Source: a bacterium (GTDB lineage Bacteria > Muiribacteriota > UBA6191). From it: a DNA stretch of 49,624 bases. The position numbers were made by a program, and so were the translations under genes. Shown piece by piece: positions 1-10,096 of this stretch (positions are counted from its first letter, which is position 1; each line of letters opens with the position of its first letter). The stretch is from contig JAYZAC010000156.1 of assembly GCA_036339875.1 (NCBI GenBank), forward strand, positions 1 through 49,624, read 5' to 3'. The notes beneath the pieces were generated by a model. That model searched no databases. It was not told the DNA's origin and was given only the letters and a program-made list of their open reading frames with translations.

Positions 1-618
1 CTTTCTAGTAGCCCAACCAGCTAATAGGGGTATAAGCACATACAGAAAAACACTCAAAAAAAGAGTTTCCCATGGTACAACAACATTACTCACTCCAAGT
101 AATAAAGCCGCTATGGGAGCAAAGGCAAATATCATAATTAGATCATTAACTGAAACTTGTACTAAAGTATAAACTGGGTCTCCATCAGTTAATTGAGACC
201 AAACAAAAACCATTGCTGTACAAGGTGCAACACCTAATAAAATCATACCTGCAATGTAGTCCGTAGCATTTTTTAGCTGAATAAAATGAGGATAAATTTG
301 TATAAAAAACAACCATCCCAAAAATGCCATGGTGAATGGTTTTATAAGCCAATTGACCACTAATGTGAGTAGAAGCCCCTTTGGCTTCTGACTGATTTGA
401 GTAATGCTACTAAAATCTACCTGAATCATCATTGGATAAATCATGACCCAAATTAGAATCGCAACTACAAGATTAACTCTAGCGTACTCAATTGAAGCAA
501 TAGCCTGAAAAACATTAGGTGTTAAATTACCTGCTACTATCCCCAGAGCGATACAAATGGCTACCCATATGCTCAAATACTTTTCAAATAGACCTAGAGC
601 TTCTTTCTTGTCTGACAT
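1..618 (-). CDS. acr3: ACR3-family arsenite efflux transporter, 5' part (runs off the window edge)
   Basis: Not in the ORF track; translated by hand from ATG at 618: [26 protein letters not shown]...[14 protein letters not shown]...NWLIKPFTM...[20 protein letters not shown]...[10 protein letters not shown]. These are ACR3 signatures (often annotated arsB). The frame is open to position 1. Confidence 0.95.
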   Translation of the reverse strand, partial: MSDKKEALGLFEKYLSIWVAICIALGIVAGNLTPNVFQAIASIEYARVNLVVAILIWVMIYPMMIQVDFSSITQISQKPKGLLLTLVVNWLIKPFTMAFLGWLFFIQIYPHFIQLKNATDYIAGMILLGVAPCTAMVFVWSQLTDGDPVYTLVQVSVNDLIMIFAFAPIAALLLGVSNVVVPWETLFLSVFLYVLIPLLAGWATRK

Positions 619-912
619 ATCTGCACCCTTCTGGTGTGGAGTTACTAATTACATCAAATATCTGCTAGATGGGAGCACTATGCAATTCTTGAGCCCGAAT
701 TGCGAGAAATTTTTGTGTTAATAGTATGAATTTAGCCGCTCATTTTTTAACAGCACTCTTAGTTCAGTAGCGATTTTCAATTTTATCTCTAAGAATCGAC
801 CTGAATGAAGCTCCTAAAAATCTTCTCACTATTTACAAAATATAAGGAAAGTGATAACTAGCTTATTAGCATAAGATGGAAATTAATTACTAAGATTATA
901 GGAGCTAAAAAA

Positions 913-1914
913 GTGACTATTCGTGTTGGATTAAATGGATTTGGAAGAATAGGGCGATTGGCTCTAAGAGCCTGTTTTGATTGGCCAGAAATTGAAATTA
1001 TTCATATTAATGAACCAGGTGGAAGTGCTGAATGTCTCGCACATCTTTTGAATTTTGATTCGGTACACGGTACCTGGAAACATGAAGCACAAACCAATAA
1101 TGATCAGATTCAAATTGGTGATAGAGTTATTAGCTACTCGCAGAATCTAAAGATTCAAGAAACAAATTGGAAGCAGTACGACCTAGACCTAGTTATTGAA
1201 TGCAGCGGCGTTTTTCGTACAAAAGAAAGTCTACAGCCATACTTAGATATGGGAGTTAAAAGAGTATTAGTTTCGGCTCCTGTGAAAGAAGATGGAGTGC
1301 TAAATGTAGTCGTTGGAGTAAATGACAATTTGTTTGATCCTAAACGACACAAGATTGTAACCGCTGCGTCTTGCACCACCAATTGTCTTGCACCCATAGT
1401 TAAAGTAATCCATGAAGGCATAGGAATTAAACACGGTGTTATTACTACAATCCATGACATTACTAATACTCAAAGTATTCTTGATCAACCTCATAAGGAT
1501 CTTAGAAGGGCAAGGTCCAGTAGTATGTCCTTGATTCCAACTAGTACAGGTTCAGCAAAGGCCATTGGAGCAATTTTCCCAGAGTTGGAAGGTAAATTAA
1601 ATGGCCTTGCAGTTAGGGTACCGCTTGCAAATGCCTCACTAACAGATTGTGTTTTTGAACTCAATCGAAAAACGGATGTTGAAGAAATCAATGGGCTTTT
1701 AGAGGAAGCTTCAAAATTTGACTTGAAAGGAATCCTCGGATTTGAAAGGCGTCCTTTGGTTTCCGTTGATTTTAAGGATGATTTGAGATCAAGTATTGTT
1801 GACGCTTTATCAACAATGGTCTTAGGCGGAACTCAAGCCAAGATTTTAAGCTGGTACGACAATGAAATTGGCTACGTGCATCGCATGATGGAACTTGCTG
1901 TCAAGATCGCTTAA
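913..1914 (+). CDS. ArsJ-associated glyceraldehyde-3-phosphate dehydrogenase
   Basis: [24 protein letters not shown] catalytic motif, [14 protein letters not shown] variant and position directly before arsJ; GTG start with GGAG RBS. Confidence 0.93.
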   Translation: MTIRVGLNGFGRIGRLALRACFDWPEIEIIHINEPGGSAECLAHLLNFDSVHGTWKHEAQTNNDQIQIGDRVISYSQNLKIQETNWKQYDLDLVIECSGVFRTKESLQPYLDMGVKRVLVSAPVKEDGVLNVVVGVNDNLFDPKRHKIVTAASCTTNCLAPIVKVIHEGIGIKHGVITTIHDITNTQSILDQPHKDLRRARSSSMSLIPTSTGSAKAIGAIFPELEGKLNGLAVRVPLANASLTDCVFELNRKTDVEEINGLLEEASKFDLKGILGFERRPLVSVDFKDDLRSSIVDALSTMVLGGTQAKILSWYDNEIGYVHRMMELAVKIA

Positions 1915-1931
1915 CTTTTAAGACCAACTCT

Positions 1932-3137
1932 ATGTCGCCTTTGTCTCAATATCTAGCTGTAACTGCTTCATACTGGGCTTTTACCATCACAGATGGAGCT
2001 CTGAGAATGCTGGTGGTTTTATATTTCCACAATCTTGGATACAGCCCAATTGAAATAGCCAGCCTATTTTTGTTCTATGAATTTTTTGGAATTATCACCA
2101 ATTTGTTTGGAGGATGGCTTGGAGCAAGAGTTGGCCTAAACAAAACCATGCATCTCGGAATGCTAATGCAAAGCATCGCCTTGGGCATGTTATGCGTCCC
2201 ACCATCTTATCTTAACGTACCTTATGTGATGCTTGTACAGGCCATATCTGGTATTGCAAAAGATTTCAGTAAAATGAGCGCAAAAAGTTCACTCAAAGTA
2301 CTTGTTCCTCAAGATCAGGAAGATCGACTTTACAAATGGGTGGCTCTTCTAACAGGTTCGAAGAATGCACTTAAGGGCGCTGGCTTCTTTATCGGATCAA
2401 TCTTACTTGGAACCGTTGGTTTTAGATCAGCCCTGTTATGCTTGATGGCTGGTTTATTTACGGTCTTTTTGCTGAGTGTAATTTTCTTAAAAAATGAAAT
2501 AGGTAAAGGTAAAAATAAGCCCAAATTTAAGGATTTGTTTTCTAAGAGTCGCTCGATCAATTTATTGGCTATAGCCAGATTCCTATTATTTGGATCCAGA
2601 GACATCTGGTTTGTCATAGCTTTACCTGTATTTTTGCAGGCCCAACTAAAGTGGGGGCATGCGGATGTGGGTAGTTTTATGGCTGTCTGGATTATTTTTT
2701 ACGGTATCATACAAGCAATTTCCCCAAAAATAACCGGGACAAAATCTAGCAAGAAACCGAATCAAAGCAGTCTTTATAAATGGTGCTTGATACTTGCAAT
2801 CATCCCGCTTTTTATTAGCTATCTAATTCCAAATTTACCCAACCCCGGGATTACACTAGTTGTGGGACTGATTATCTTTGGAGGCGTCTTCGCCATTAAT
2901 TCATCTTTGCATTCCTACTTTATTCTTTATTTTGCTGACAGAGAAAACACCTCAATGGATGTTGGGTTTTATTACATGGCTAATGCTGGTGGAAGACTGG
3001 TAGGAACCATCTTATCCGGCTTACTTTTCCAACAATATGGACTTGATATGTGTTTATACTTTTCAACTGGGTTTTTAGTCTCTGCTTCATTCTTTGCATG
3101 GTTACTTTGCTTCAATCAAAGTCAGCAAAATAAATAG
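1932..3137 (+). CDS. arsJ: Organoarsenical (1-arseno-3-phosphoglycerate) efflux MFS transporter
   Basis: YWAFTITDGALRMLVVLYFH, LFYEFFG, SGIAKD-x-KMSAKS, LTGSKNALKGAGFF, DVGFYYMANAGGRL; 17 bp downstream of the GAPDH. Confidence 0.93.
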   Translation: MSPLSQYLAVTASYWAFTITDGALRMLVVLYFHNLGYSPIEIASLFLFYEFFGIITNLFGGWLGARVGLNKTMHLGMLMQSIALGMLCVPPSYLNVPYVMLVQAISGIAKDFSKMSAKSSLKVLVPQDQEDRLYKWVALLTGSKNALKGAGFFIGSILLGTVGFRSALLCLMAGLFTVFLLSVIFLKNEIGKGKNKPKFKDLFSKSRSINLLAIARFLLFGSRDIWFVIALPVFLQAQLKWGHADVGSFMAVWIIFYGIIQAISPKITGTKSSKKPNQSSLYKWCLILAIIPLFISYLIPNLPNPGITLVVGLIIFGGVFAINSSLHSYFILYFADRENTSMDVGFYYMANAGGRLVGTILSGLLFQQYGLDMCLYFSTGFLVSASFFAWLLCFNQSQQNK

Positions 3138-3359
3138 TGATAAAAAATGAATGCCCCATAAAATTTGACCCCGCTTGCTTTCAGTATTAATCAAATAGTT
3201 TGCAAAAATCTCTCACTCTTATCTGTGGTGTTTTACAGATGTTTTCTAAATGTCGTGAAAACATTTAAAACAATACGAACCTCAAAATTATATGCTGGTC
3301 TACTTTGCCTAAAGTTATTAGTTTGATTTCACCAAAAAAACGAAATATTTGGGGGAAAA

Positions 3360-4745
3360 ATGAAATCAAAAACACTTATGAAGATGAATGTCAAAATAAG
3401 CCTTTGCTTGAGTCTAATGACTCCAATGCATGCCATCGCTAATGCTTATGACGGTGAGGATTCGAAGAAACTTGTAGTTATTACTCTAAAAGGAGCACCC
3501 GTAAGTAGTAAGGTTCTTGATCTTAAGCCAACAGAGCGCGTCTCTGCAATGGTTACAGAATTTAGATTAAGAGCGGCAAGTTTATTAAAAGATCTCCAAA
3601 AAGAGATTGCGAGTGGGGGTGCTTCTGATGTGGAGCCTCTGTATTCCTCAAATTCAGTATTAGCTAAATTATCTAAGGCTAGTCTCCAAAGGGTAGCTTC
3701 TAATCCTGGTGTAGAAAGTTACACCTACGATCGTCAACTTGAACTTTGGCCTGAGCAGCAAGCACAAGCTAACAGTGATGCACGAGTTCGTTGGACTTAT
3801 GGTCTAAAGAAGTCAGGTATTCCTCAAGTTCGCAAAGCTTATGGTCTGGATGGTAGCGGAGTAAGAGTGGGAGTCCTTGATTCAGGGATTGATGCCAGTC
3901 ATCCGCATCTTGAAGGACAAGTAGTTGCTTGGAAAGATTTTGCTGGCGACCGAACTGAACCCGCCGATTTAAACGGTCATGGTACTCATTGTGCAGGCAC
4001 AATAGCTGGCACAGGGGACTACTATGAGCAAATTGGAGTAGCTCCCGGAGCAAAATTGGTTGTAGGTAGAATTTTCTCAGATAACAATCAAGCTTCATAC
4101 GCAGGAATCTTGCGTGCGATGGAATGGATGACTGATCCTGATGGAAATCCACAAACCGCAGATCATCCCCGAATCGTTTCTAATTCATGGGGTGGTAAAA
4201 GGCGTCCATTTGATCAGGAAAGAGCTTTATGGAATGCTGTTCAAACTTGGAGAGATATGGGTATCATGCCTGTCTTCGCCATAGGAAATTCTGGACCAAA
4301 TAGCTCCACTGCAGCGTCACCAGGAGCTTACCCACATGCTTTTGGAGTTGGTGCAACGGATCACTTAGATCGCTCTCCCGGATGGTCATCGAGGGGACCA
4401 GTCCGTTGGCAGGGCAAAACATATATTAAACCGGATATTAGTGCTCCAGGATTAAACGTGAAATCTGCTAAACCAGGTGGAAAGTTAGTCTACAAAAGCG
4501 GTACTTCTATGGCCGCACCACATATTGCTGGTATGGCAGCATTGTTGTTACAGTCTAATCCAAACTACACAGTCGAACAGCTAGAGACAATTTTACTAGA
4601 AGGTGTTGAAGATCTTGGTAAAACTGGCAAGGACAATGTATTTGGTGAAGGCCGGGCAAATGTTAAGACCAGCTTAGATGGACAAAGACCTGGTGGAGTT
4701 GAAAAACTGAATAATTTAAAGACTAAAATGAAAAGCTTATACTAA
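3360..4745 (+). CDS. Secreted S8 subtilisin-like serine protease (signal peptide, propeptide, catalytic domain)
   Basis: Triad motifs VLDSG, HGTHCAG, SGTSMAAPH; oxyanion GNSG; N-terminal signal-like segment. Confidence 0.92.
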   Translation: MKSKTLMKMNVKISLCLSLMTPMHAIANAYDGEDSKKLVVITLKGAPVSSKVLDLKPTERVSAMVTEFRLRAASLLKDLQKEIASGGASDVEPLYSSNSVLAKLSKASLQRVASNPGVESYTYDRQLELWPEQQAQANSDARVRWTYGLKKSGIPQVRKAYGLDGSGVRVGVLDSGIDASHPHLEGQVVAWKDFAGDRTEPADLNGHGTHCAGTIAGTGDYYEQIGVAPGAKLVVGRIFSDNNQASYAGILRAMEWMTDPDGNPQTADHPRIVSNSWGGKRRPFDQERALWNAVQTWRDMGIMPVFAIGNSGPNSSTAASPGAYPHAFGVGATDHLDRSPGWSSRGPVRWQGKTYIKPDISAPGLNVKSAKPGGKLVYKSGTSMAAPHIAGMAALLLQSNPNYTVEQLETILLEGVEDLGKTGKDNVFGEGRANVKTSLDGQRPGGVEKLNNLKTKMKSLY

Positions 4746-4765
4746 CTTTCATTTCAAGGAAATTC

Positions 4766-4795
4766 GCCCCGTCGTAAGCTCAATTACTGCGGGGC
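4766..4795 (+). terminator. GC-rich hairpin after the S8 gene (possible terminator or 3' stabiliser)
   Basis: GCCCCG...CGGGGC with an inner GTAA/TTAC pairing; no U-tract. Confidence 0.4.
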
Positions 4796-4848
4796 ATGAT
4801 CTGGTAATTTAGATGCTTCAAAGTACAATTCAGATTGTCACACTCAGT

Positions 4849-4870
4849 AAGTTATGTTATATCATATCTT
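4849..4870. promoter_or_regulatory. Zur/Fur-family-like operator upstream of the MerC-like gene
   Basis: AAGTTATGTTATATCAT resembles the proteobacterial Zur box ATGTTATAnTATAACAT; imperfect palindrome AAGTTATGTT-AT-ATCATATCTT about 30 bp before ATG 4898. Confidence 0.5.
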
Positions 4871-4897
4871 CATGGGTATATTGATGGGGGAAACATA

Positions 4898-5362
4898 ATG
4901 AAAAACGCACAATCTATTCTCGATAAGGCCGCAGTCTGCTTATCTATGATCTGCGTGATTCATTGTATAGGAATGCCTATACTATTAGTTTTACTACCCG
5001 GATTAAGTATGATACCTGCCGTTGAGGCCGCAAATTGTTGTCCTCATGGAGACGAAACGGTGGCATTTTTCAGTATGGCTAATTTTCATATGTTGATGGT
5101 CTTAGCTGTTGTACCCACCAGCGCGTACGCATTGATAACCGGCTATGTGCAGCATAGACGTTTTCCTGTAGTCATAACGGGATTATTTGGTATAACCATA
5201 TTAGCCGTTGGCGCTATCCTTGGTGCACAAGTTTTAGGATCTGATGCTGAGAGAGCACTCACGGTCGCCGGGTCCACCGCTTTAGCTTGTGTCCATGTTT
5301 GGAACTTTAGTCTTTGTCGCAAATGTACTGGTTGCACTACTGAAAAATGTTCATCTGAGTAA
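4898..5362 (+). CDS. MerC-domain membrane protein (putative metal transport)
   Basis: LDKAAVCLSMICVIHC matches the MerC N-terminus; GYVQHR; ExxLTVAG...H; four hydrophobic segments. Start moved from 4835 to ATG 4898, which follows a GGGGG RBS. Confidence 0.78.
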   Translation: MKNAQSILDKAAVCLSMICVIHCIGMPILLVLLPGLSMIPAVEAANCCPHGDETVAFFSMANFHMLMVLAVVPTSAYALITGYVQHRRFPVVITGLFGITILAVGAILGAQVLGSDAERALTVAGSTALACVHVWNFSLCRKCTGCTTEKCSSE

Positions 5363-5555
5363 ATCTATTCAAAAAAATTAAATCTAATAGTGCTACACAA
5401 CAGATTACTGTTGGTAATTTTGGTTGATTGTGAGAAGATTGTGGCAGCAGGCATGGTTTGTCGTAGTGCCTATGAAATTTTAAGTGTATTAATTACACTT
5501 TTTTTCGACCGGGAGTCGAAGGTGGAGCCCCTCATGGGGGAAGAAGAGGTTTAAA

Positions 5556-5906
5556 GTGGAAATTTATGTTGGAAACCTGTCCTATGGAACAAGTGAGGAC
5601 GGATTAAACGAACTATTCGCTAATCATGGATCAGTTCGACAGGTAAAAATTATAACGGATCGAGATTCCGGTCGATCTAGAGGATTCGCGTTTGTTTCAA
5701 TGGACAATGATCAAGAAGCACAAGCTGCAATTGATGCAATTAATGGTCATGAACTTGATGGTCGAGCTCTCGTTGTTAACCAATCCCGTGAGCGTAAACC
5801 ACGCGAAGGCGGCGGTAATTTCAATCGTGGTGGTGGAAACCGAGGCGGTTATAACTCCAATCGTGGAGGGGACCGTGGCGGATACAACAGAAATAACAGA
5901 CGTTAA
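5556..5906 (+). CDS. RRM (RNP-1) RNA-binding protein with RGG-rich tail
   Basis: RNP2 IYVGNL, RNP1 RGFAFVSM, repeated NRGG/DRGG; GTG start after GAAGAGG. Confidence 0.95.
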   Translation: MEIYVGNLSYGTSEDGLNELFANHGSVRQVKIITDRDSGRSRGFAFVSMDNDQEAQAAIDAINGHELDGRALVVNQSRERKPREGGGNFNRGGGNRGGYNSNRGGDRGGYNRNNRR

Positions 5907-5925
5907 TAATTGTTGTTAATATAAT

Positions 5926-5955
5926 AAAAGGACCGCAACCGCGGTCCTTTTTTTT
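5926..5955 (+). terminator. Intrinsic terminator, probably bidirectional
   Basis: AAAAGGACCGC-AACC-GCGGTCCTTTTTTTT between convergent RRM and phosphatase genes. Confidence 0.9.
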
Positions 5956-5972
5956 ACGTCAACTAATTGTAA

Positions 5973-7367
5973 CTAGTCAGTCATAATTATTTTTTTCAAG
6001 CCTTCAAAAACTACGGTATTTTCTACCATTCCAGAAAAGTAATTTTGGCCAACTCCGGTAGCTGATACGGGTATGGGTACACCTGTATGTCCTACGGTAC
6101 TCCAACCTATACCAGTTCGTTCTGCAATCAAATCGACCATCAGAATGGAGATCGGCTCGCTTGGACCGTATGCAAATTTCTTTGGGAATTTATCTTTTAA
6201 TTTAGGATCAAAAGTAAAATCATAAGCCTTCTCAATTCTATTTTTAGTATTTTCATCCAATTCACCTAAAGAAAAGTATTTACCCAGCTCTGAAAGTAAT
6301 TTCTCGAAAGATGGCTTAGTTTCGCGCCACTTCTGAACCACATTGTTGAACTCAAACATTGAAATTTTTTGATTCAACAGTTGCGAAGGACTCAATGTAT
6401 AACTCGTTTTGGACAAACCAAGAGATAAACCTCCCGTTTCATGATCGGCTACCACAACTACAGTTGTTTCGTCAGGGTGTTTCTCGTAGAAATCTACCGC
6501 AACCTTCACGGCCTCGTCGAAGTCAAGAACTTCTAACGCAGCAGTAGCCGCATCATTGGAGTGACAGGCCCAATCAATTTTACCTCCCTCTGCCATAAGA
6601 AAAAATCCGTTGGGATTTTTCAAAGACTTAATGGCCATACTTACATAATCCTTAAGCGTAGTATGATCACTACCTTTCCGATCAATAGCATAAGGTATAT
6701 CGGCGCCTTTACCGCAGTCATCAGGCATTACCCAATCACGCTCATTAGCTTTAGGCTTAAAAGCCGTAATATCGCTACTATGAAAAGTATAGCCATTCTC
6801 TTTTGCCTTCGAGTAATAGTAATCAGGAGTTCTCTTTAATCCGGGCATTTTTGAAACCTTAATACAGGCTCCACCAACAAAATCAAATGGTGCGACAACT
6901 AAATCATCCGCAATTTTATTATATAAACGACGATTCACTACTTTTCCGTAAAATGCTGCTGGCGTCGCATGATTAAGAGGAACGTTGGTAATGATTCCTG
7001 TCTTCATTTTACGTTTCCGAGCATAGTCCATCAAAGTAAGGTCAGTTTTACCCCCATCTTTATCCAGACCTATTGAACCTGAGTACGTCTTTTTACCGAT
7101 TGCATAAGTGGTGGCGCTGGCAGCAGAATCAGTAATATAACTATCAGTAGAATAAGTATGTAAATATCCCTGCACAGGAAGTTTGTTCATATTGAGTTTG
7201 ACGATTCCCGACTGCTCCGATACGCGACTATTAGCAAGAAATTCAGCTAACGTCCTCTGAGCAATACCCATACCATCTCCGATAAGAAGAAACACATATT
7301 TTGATCGCGCTTCACAATTAAAGTTTATTAAATTGAGTGCCAGTAATACAAAAATAACTCTGTTCAC
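5973..7367 (-). CDS. Alkaline phosphatase (PhoA family), exported
   Basis: IGDGMG, TDSAAS (Ser nucleophile), HATPAAF, EGGKIDWACH, ADHETGG, GHT; likely GTG start at 7367 after AAGGAG (ORF track starts at 7382); signal peptide. Confidence 0.92.
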   Translation of the reverse strand: MNRVIFVLLALNLINFNCEARSKYVFLLIGDGMGIAQRTLAEFLANSRVSEQSGIVKLNMNKLPVQGYLHTYSTDSYITDSAASATTYAIGKKTYSGSIGLDKDGGKTDLTLMDYARKRKMKTGIITNVPLNHATPAAFYGKVVNRRLYNKIADDLVVAPFDFVGGACIKVSKMPGLKRTPDYYYSKAKENGYTFHSSDITAFKPKANERDWVMPDDCGKGADIPYAIDRKGSDHTTLKDYVSMAIKSLKNPNGFFLMAEGGKIDWACHSNDAATAALEVLDFDEAVKVAVDFYEKHPDETTVVVVADHETGGLSLGLSKTSYTLSPSQLLNQKISMFEFNNVVQKWRETKPSFEKLLSELGKYFSLGELDENTKNRIEKAYDFTFDPKLKDKFPKKFAYGPSEPISILMVDLIAERTGIGWSTVGHTGVPIPVSATGVGQNYFSGMVENTVVFEGLKKIIMTD

Positions 7368-7501
7368 CACTACTCCTTGCAAACAAAAAATTACTTAAAG
7401 CCTGATAGTTTGCCTTGGCTGTGTTTAAGAATCAAGAGAATTTATTGAATCATAAGAGACGATTTAGAATACTTGACCACTGTAAGTTAAAATAAACCTC
7501 T

Positions 7502-10096
7502 ATGCAGCAGACTATTAATCGAAGTTGGTGGATTACAATACTTACTTTCATTGCGTACGGATTTTTTTTCCTAGCATGGGTTCTAGTCGTTGAACCATAT
7601 CCAGATCGAGATTCTGTAAGTCAATTTTATTTTCCTTTCAAAAATTATCTTCAAGCATCTATTGAAATTGGTAACGATTTCATTTTTTTAAAAGGTTTAA
7701 TTCCTAATGAATATCCAAATGGCGGACTTCTTCTAGCTGCACTTATATCCTCATTAGGCTTACAAGATTTTGTCTTAAATCAACCATGGCTTGTTAATCT
7801 GATTTTGGTATTCGTACTAAGCCTAATAGCAACTCAATCTGGTTTTAAAGGTGTAAAAAAAATCATCTTCATCTTACTAGTATTTACATTTCCAATTAAC
7901 CAAATAGCACTTAAAAACTTTAATTTACACTCATTCAATTTTATTTTTTTTCTAGGTGGAATGACATTCTTTTTTCGCTTTCTTAAGACTAGAAAACGTA
8001 GTCTTTGTGTATCCGCAATATGTCTACTTTGGTTTGCATGTTCTGTTAAACATCTGGGGGTCGTCTTTTTCGGTATGGGTTGGTTTAGCTTGCTTCTCTG
8101 GAAAACTAATAAAAATGAGCCTATCAAAGAATTGTTTAATGTCGCCGGCATTGTAGCTTTACTAACATTGCCATTCTACCTTCATAGTGGAATTAAAAAA
8201 TATGTAGTCGGAATAATGGCCCACAATCCCGAATTAGATTCTAGTCTAGCGCTGTCAATCACTTCAATAACTGCAATTGTCGGTATTTTAGTTTTAATAG
8301 CCTGCGCTAAAAGTAATCGCTCAAAAGCACAAATACCAAAGTTGTTTGATAATGGTTTAATTTTTTTCCTCTTGGCAATTAGTTTGTGTTGGATAATTAG
8401 CTTGGATTCTGATTTTAGCCCCATTCCCTGTATGTTATTCAGCATGATAATAGGCTCATTAACTATCATAATTTTCATGCTTCAATTTGATTTCAAAGAT
8501 TTAAGAGGTCTGAAGATACTTTTTATATTAATTAGTCTAACTTTGGCTTTAACTCTCTATTTTTCACGACTAGCGCAAGTTTCAATGATCTTCTTTCCAA
8601 CGATATATGTTCTCATGTTAGTGACTTTCGAGGAGAATAAAACCCTTAAATTGCCCATCCTCATCCTAATCACGTTTGTGACTGTAAGTAACTTTTTTCC
8701 AAATCTAGAAGACTTAGAAAACAGAATTGGAAGCAAAGGCTTCGGACTTTATGCGCGTGGTTTAAATACTTTGCATCAAAACCTTCTCAATTGGAATAAA
8801 TCAAAAATTAGTCTATACCGTAACTCCATCGAGAATAGTCTATCCAATGTAGATTTTGAAAAGGGGCAAAAAGCACTTTTGACACTCCATCCTCATCTAC
8901 ATTCTTATACAGCTCTCGAACTACAATTTCCCGATCATTTTTTGTTCTCTTTTCCTCCGATGACATTATTGGAACAATTACCGTCAGAAAAGCTTGAAAA
9001 AATTTATGAACATTTGAAAATCAATAAACTAGAAGGTTTGAATTACTTACTGGAAGAAGGGGAGTTTCCCCTGCTCATAGTTGGTAATGATGTTTGGTCC
9101 GAATACCTAAAAATTAAAATAGATCTAAATAATATCCCGAATATTTTTGAACGTAACGAATTTTGCAATTGGTTAAATTTAGCTTTATGGAAATACTTAA
9201 TTGAGCATCAATCTCTAGATGAATTATATGATGTGCAATTTTTACCATCTGAATCCCAACCTGAACTACTGCTTTATATACATCGTAGGTTTGATAAGGT
9301 ACGAAATACTAATCAAATATCTTACAAGCCTGGTTTAGTTGCAATTAAAGATAAGTATCGCTTAGTAACTAACCCTGAAATTCTAATTGCTAAATTACTT
9401 TTTGAAAAAGCTTCAATTCATTTCGATAAAAACCAGTTCTGGGAAGCAAGTATACTTTTACGTTTGGCTAATCAATTAGATCCTCTACACAAAGATATTC
9501 AACAAGACCTTAAAATTGTCCTTAATAGTTTGCCCAATAGTTTTAAGGCTAAACATAAACTTTATCAAATTGGAGGAGAAGCTGATAATTTACAACTTGG
9601 ATTAAATCAATTGTGGGGCTATCAAGGGAGTCTAGAGGGTTTGAGCCCAGAGGTCAGGGCTTATTTAATAAACGATAATGCAATGACTATCCCGAAGCCG
9701 TTATTAAAAACACGTGAAACTGCAGTAGGGAGCAATAAAGCCGATTATTATTTTAAAAAAGCTTCAGAAGTTTTTAATTCAAATCAAAAATTAGCTAAAG
9801 ATTATCTAATCCAAACATTGCAATTGGAACCAAGTCACACCGAGGCTCTGCGAGACTTAAATATTTTAGAGCAGAACTTATCTGCACAAAATTTTATTTC
9901 AAAACAAGAAGATCTTGCTACTAAGACTAAAGCAGAAAAACTATTTCAAGAGAGCTCAATGATTGTAAAGCAGAATAAAATAAGGGCCCTTATTCTTCTT
10001 CGCAAAGTCTTAAAACTTAACCCCAATCATAAGAAAGCTAAGAGGAGCTTAGAGCTACTTAAGTTACAACTAGGTATAAACTCAGAAAGTAAATAA
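7502..10096 (+). CDS. Multi-pass membrane protein, GT-C glycosyltransferase-like, with 3 TPR-like modules (paralog 1)
   Basis: TM helix followed by VEPYPDRDS; YPNG; LKNFNLH; KHLG; HNP; SNFFP; RGLNTLHQNLLNW; about 400 aa hydrophobic, then a soluble domain and LxPxH TPR-like units. Confidence 0.6.
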   Translation: MQQTINRSWWITILTFIAYGFFFLAWVLVVEPYPDRDSVSQFYFPFKNYLQASIEIGNDFIFLKGLIPNEYPNGGLLLAALISSLGLQDFVLNQPWLVNLILVFVLSLIATQSGFKGVKKIIFILLVFTFPINQIALKNFNLHSFNFIFFLGGMTFFFRFLKTRKRSLCVSAICLLWFACSVKHLGVVFFGMGWFSLLLWKTNKNEPIKELFNVAGIVALLTLPFYLHSGIKKYVVGIMAHNPELDSSLALSITSITAIVGILVLIACAKSNRSKAQIPKLFDNGLIFFLLAISLCWIISLDSDFSPIPCMLFSMIIGSLTIIIFMLQFDFKDLRGLKILFILISLTLALTLYFSRLAQVSMIFFPTIYVLMLVTFEENKTLKLPILILITFVTVSNFFPNLEDLENRIGSKGFGLYARGLNTLHQNLLNWNKSKISLYRNSIENSLSNVDFEKGQKALLTLHPHLHSYTALELQFPDHFLFSFPPMTLLEQLPSEKLEKIYEHLKINKLEGLNYLLEEGEFPLLIVGNDVWSEYLKIKIDLNNIPNIFERNEFCNWLNLALWKYLIEHQSLDELYDVQFLPSESQPELLLYIHRRFDKVRNTNQISYKPGLVAIKDKYRLVTNPEILIAKLLFEKASIHFDKNQFWEASILLRLANQLDPLHKDIQQDLKIVLNSLPNSFKAKHKLYQIGGEADNLQLGLNQLWGYQGSLEGLSPEVRAYLINDNAMTIPKPLLKTRETAVGSNKADYYFKKASEVFNSNQKLAKDYLIQTLQLEPSHTEALRDLNILEQNLSAQNFISKQEDLATKTKAEKLFQESSMIVKQNKIRALILLRKVLKLNPNHKKAKRSLELLKLQLGINSESK

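Noticed and set aside
651..671. ArsR operator-like sequence CATCAA...TAGATG upstream of acr3
   Set aside because: Short imperfect symmetry in AT-rich DNA; cannot be distinguished from chance.
913..1914. Housekeeping glycolytic gapA
   Set aside because: Sequence variant and adjacency to arsJ and acr3 fit the arsenate-detoxifying paralog.
3221..3271. Third copy of the protease-promoter motif upstream of the first S8 gene (TCTGTAA on the minus strand, within short palindromes)
   Set aside because: Only 7 bp match, in the opposite orientation and without the right half or the promoter spacing; insufficient support.
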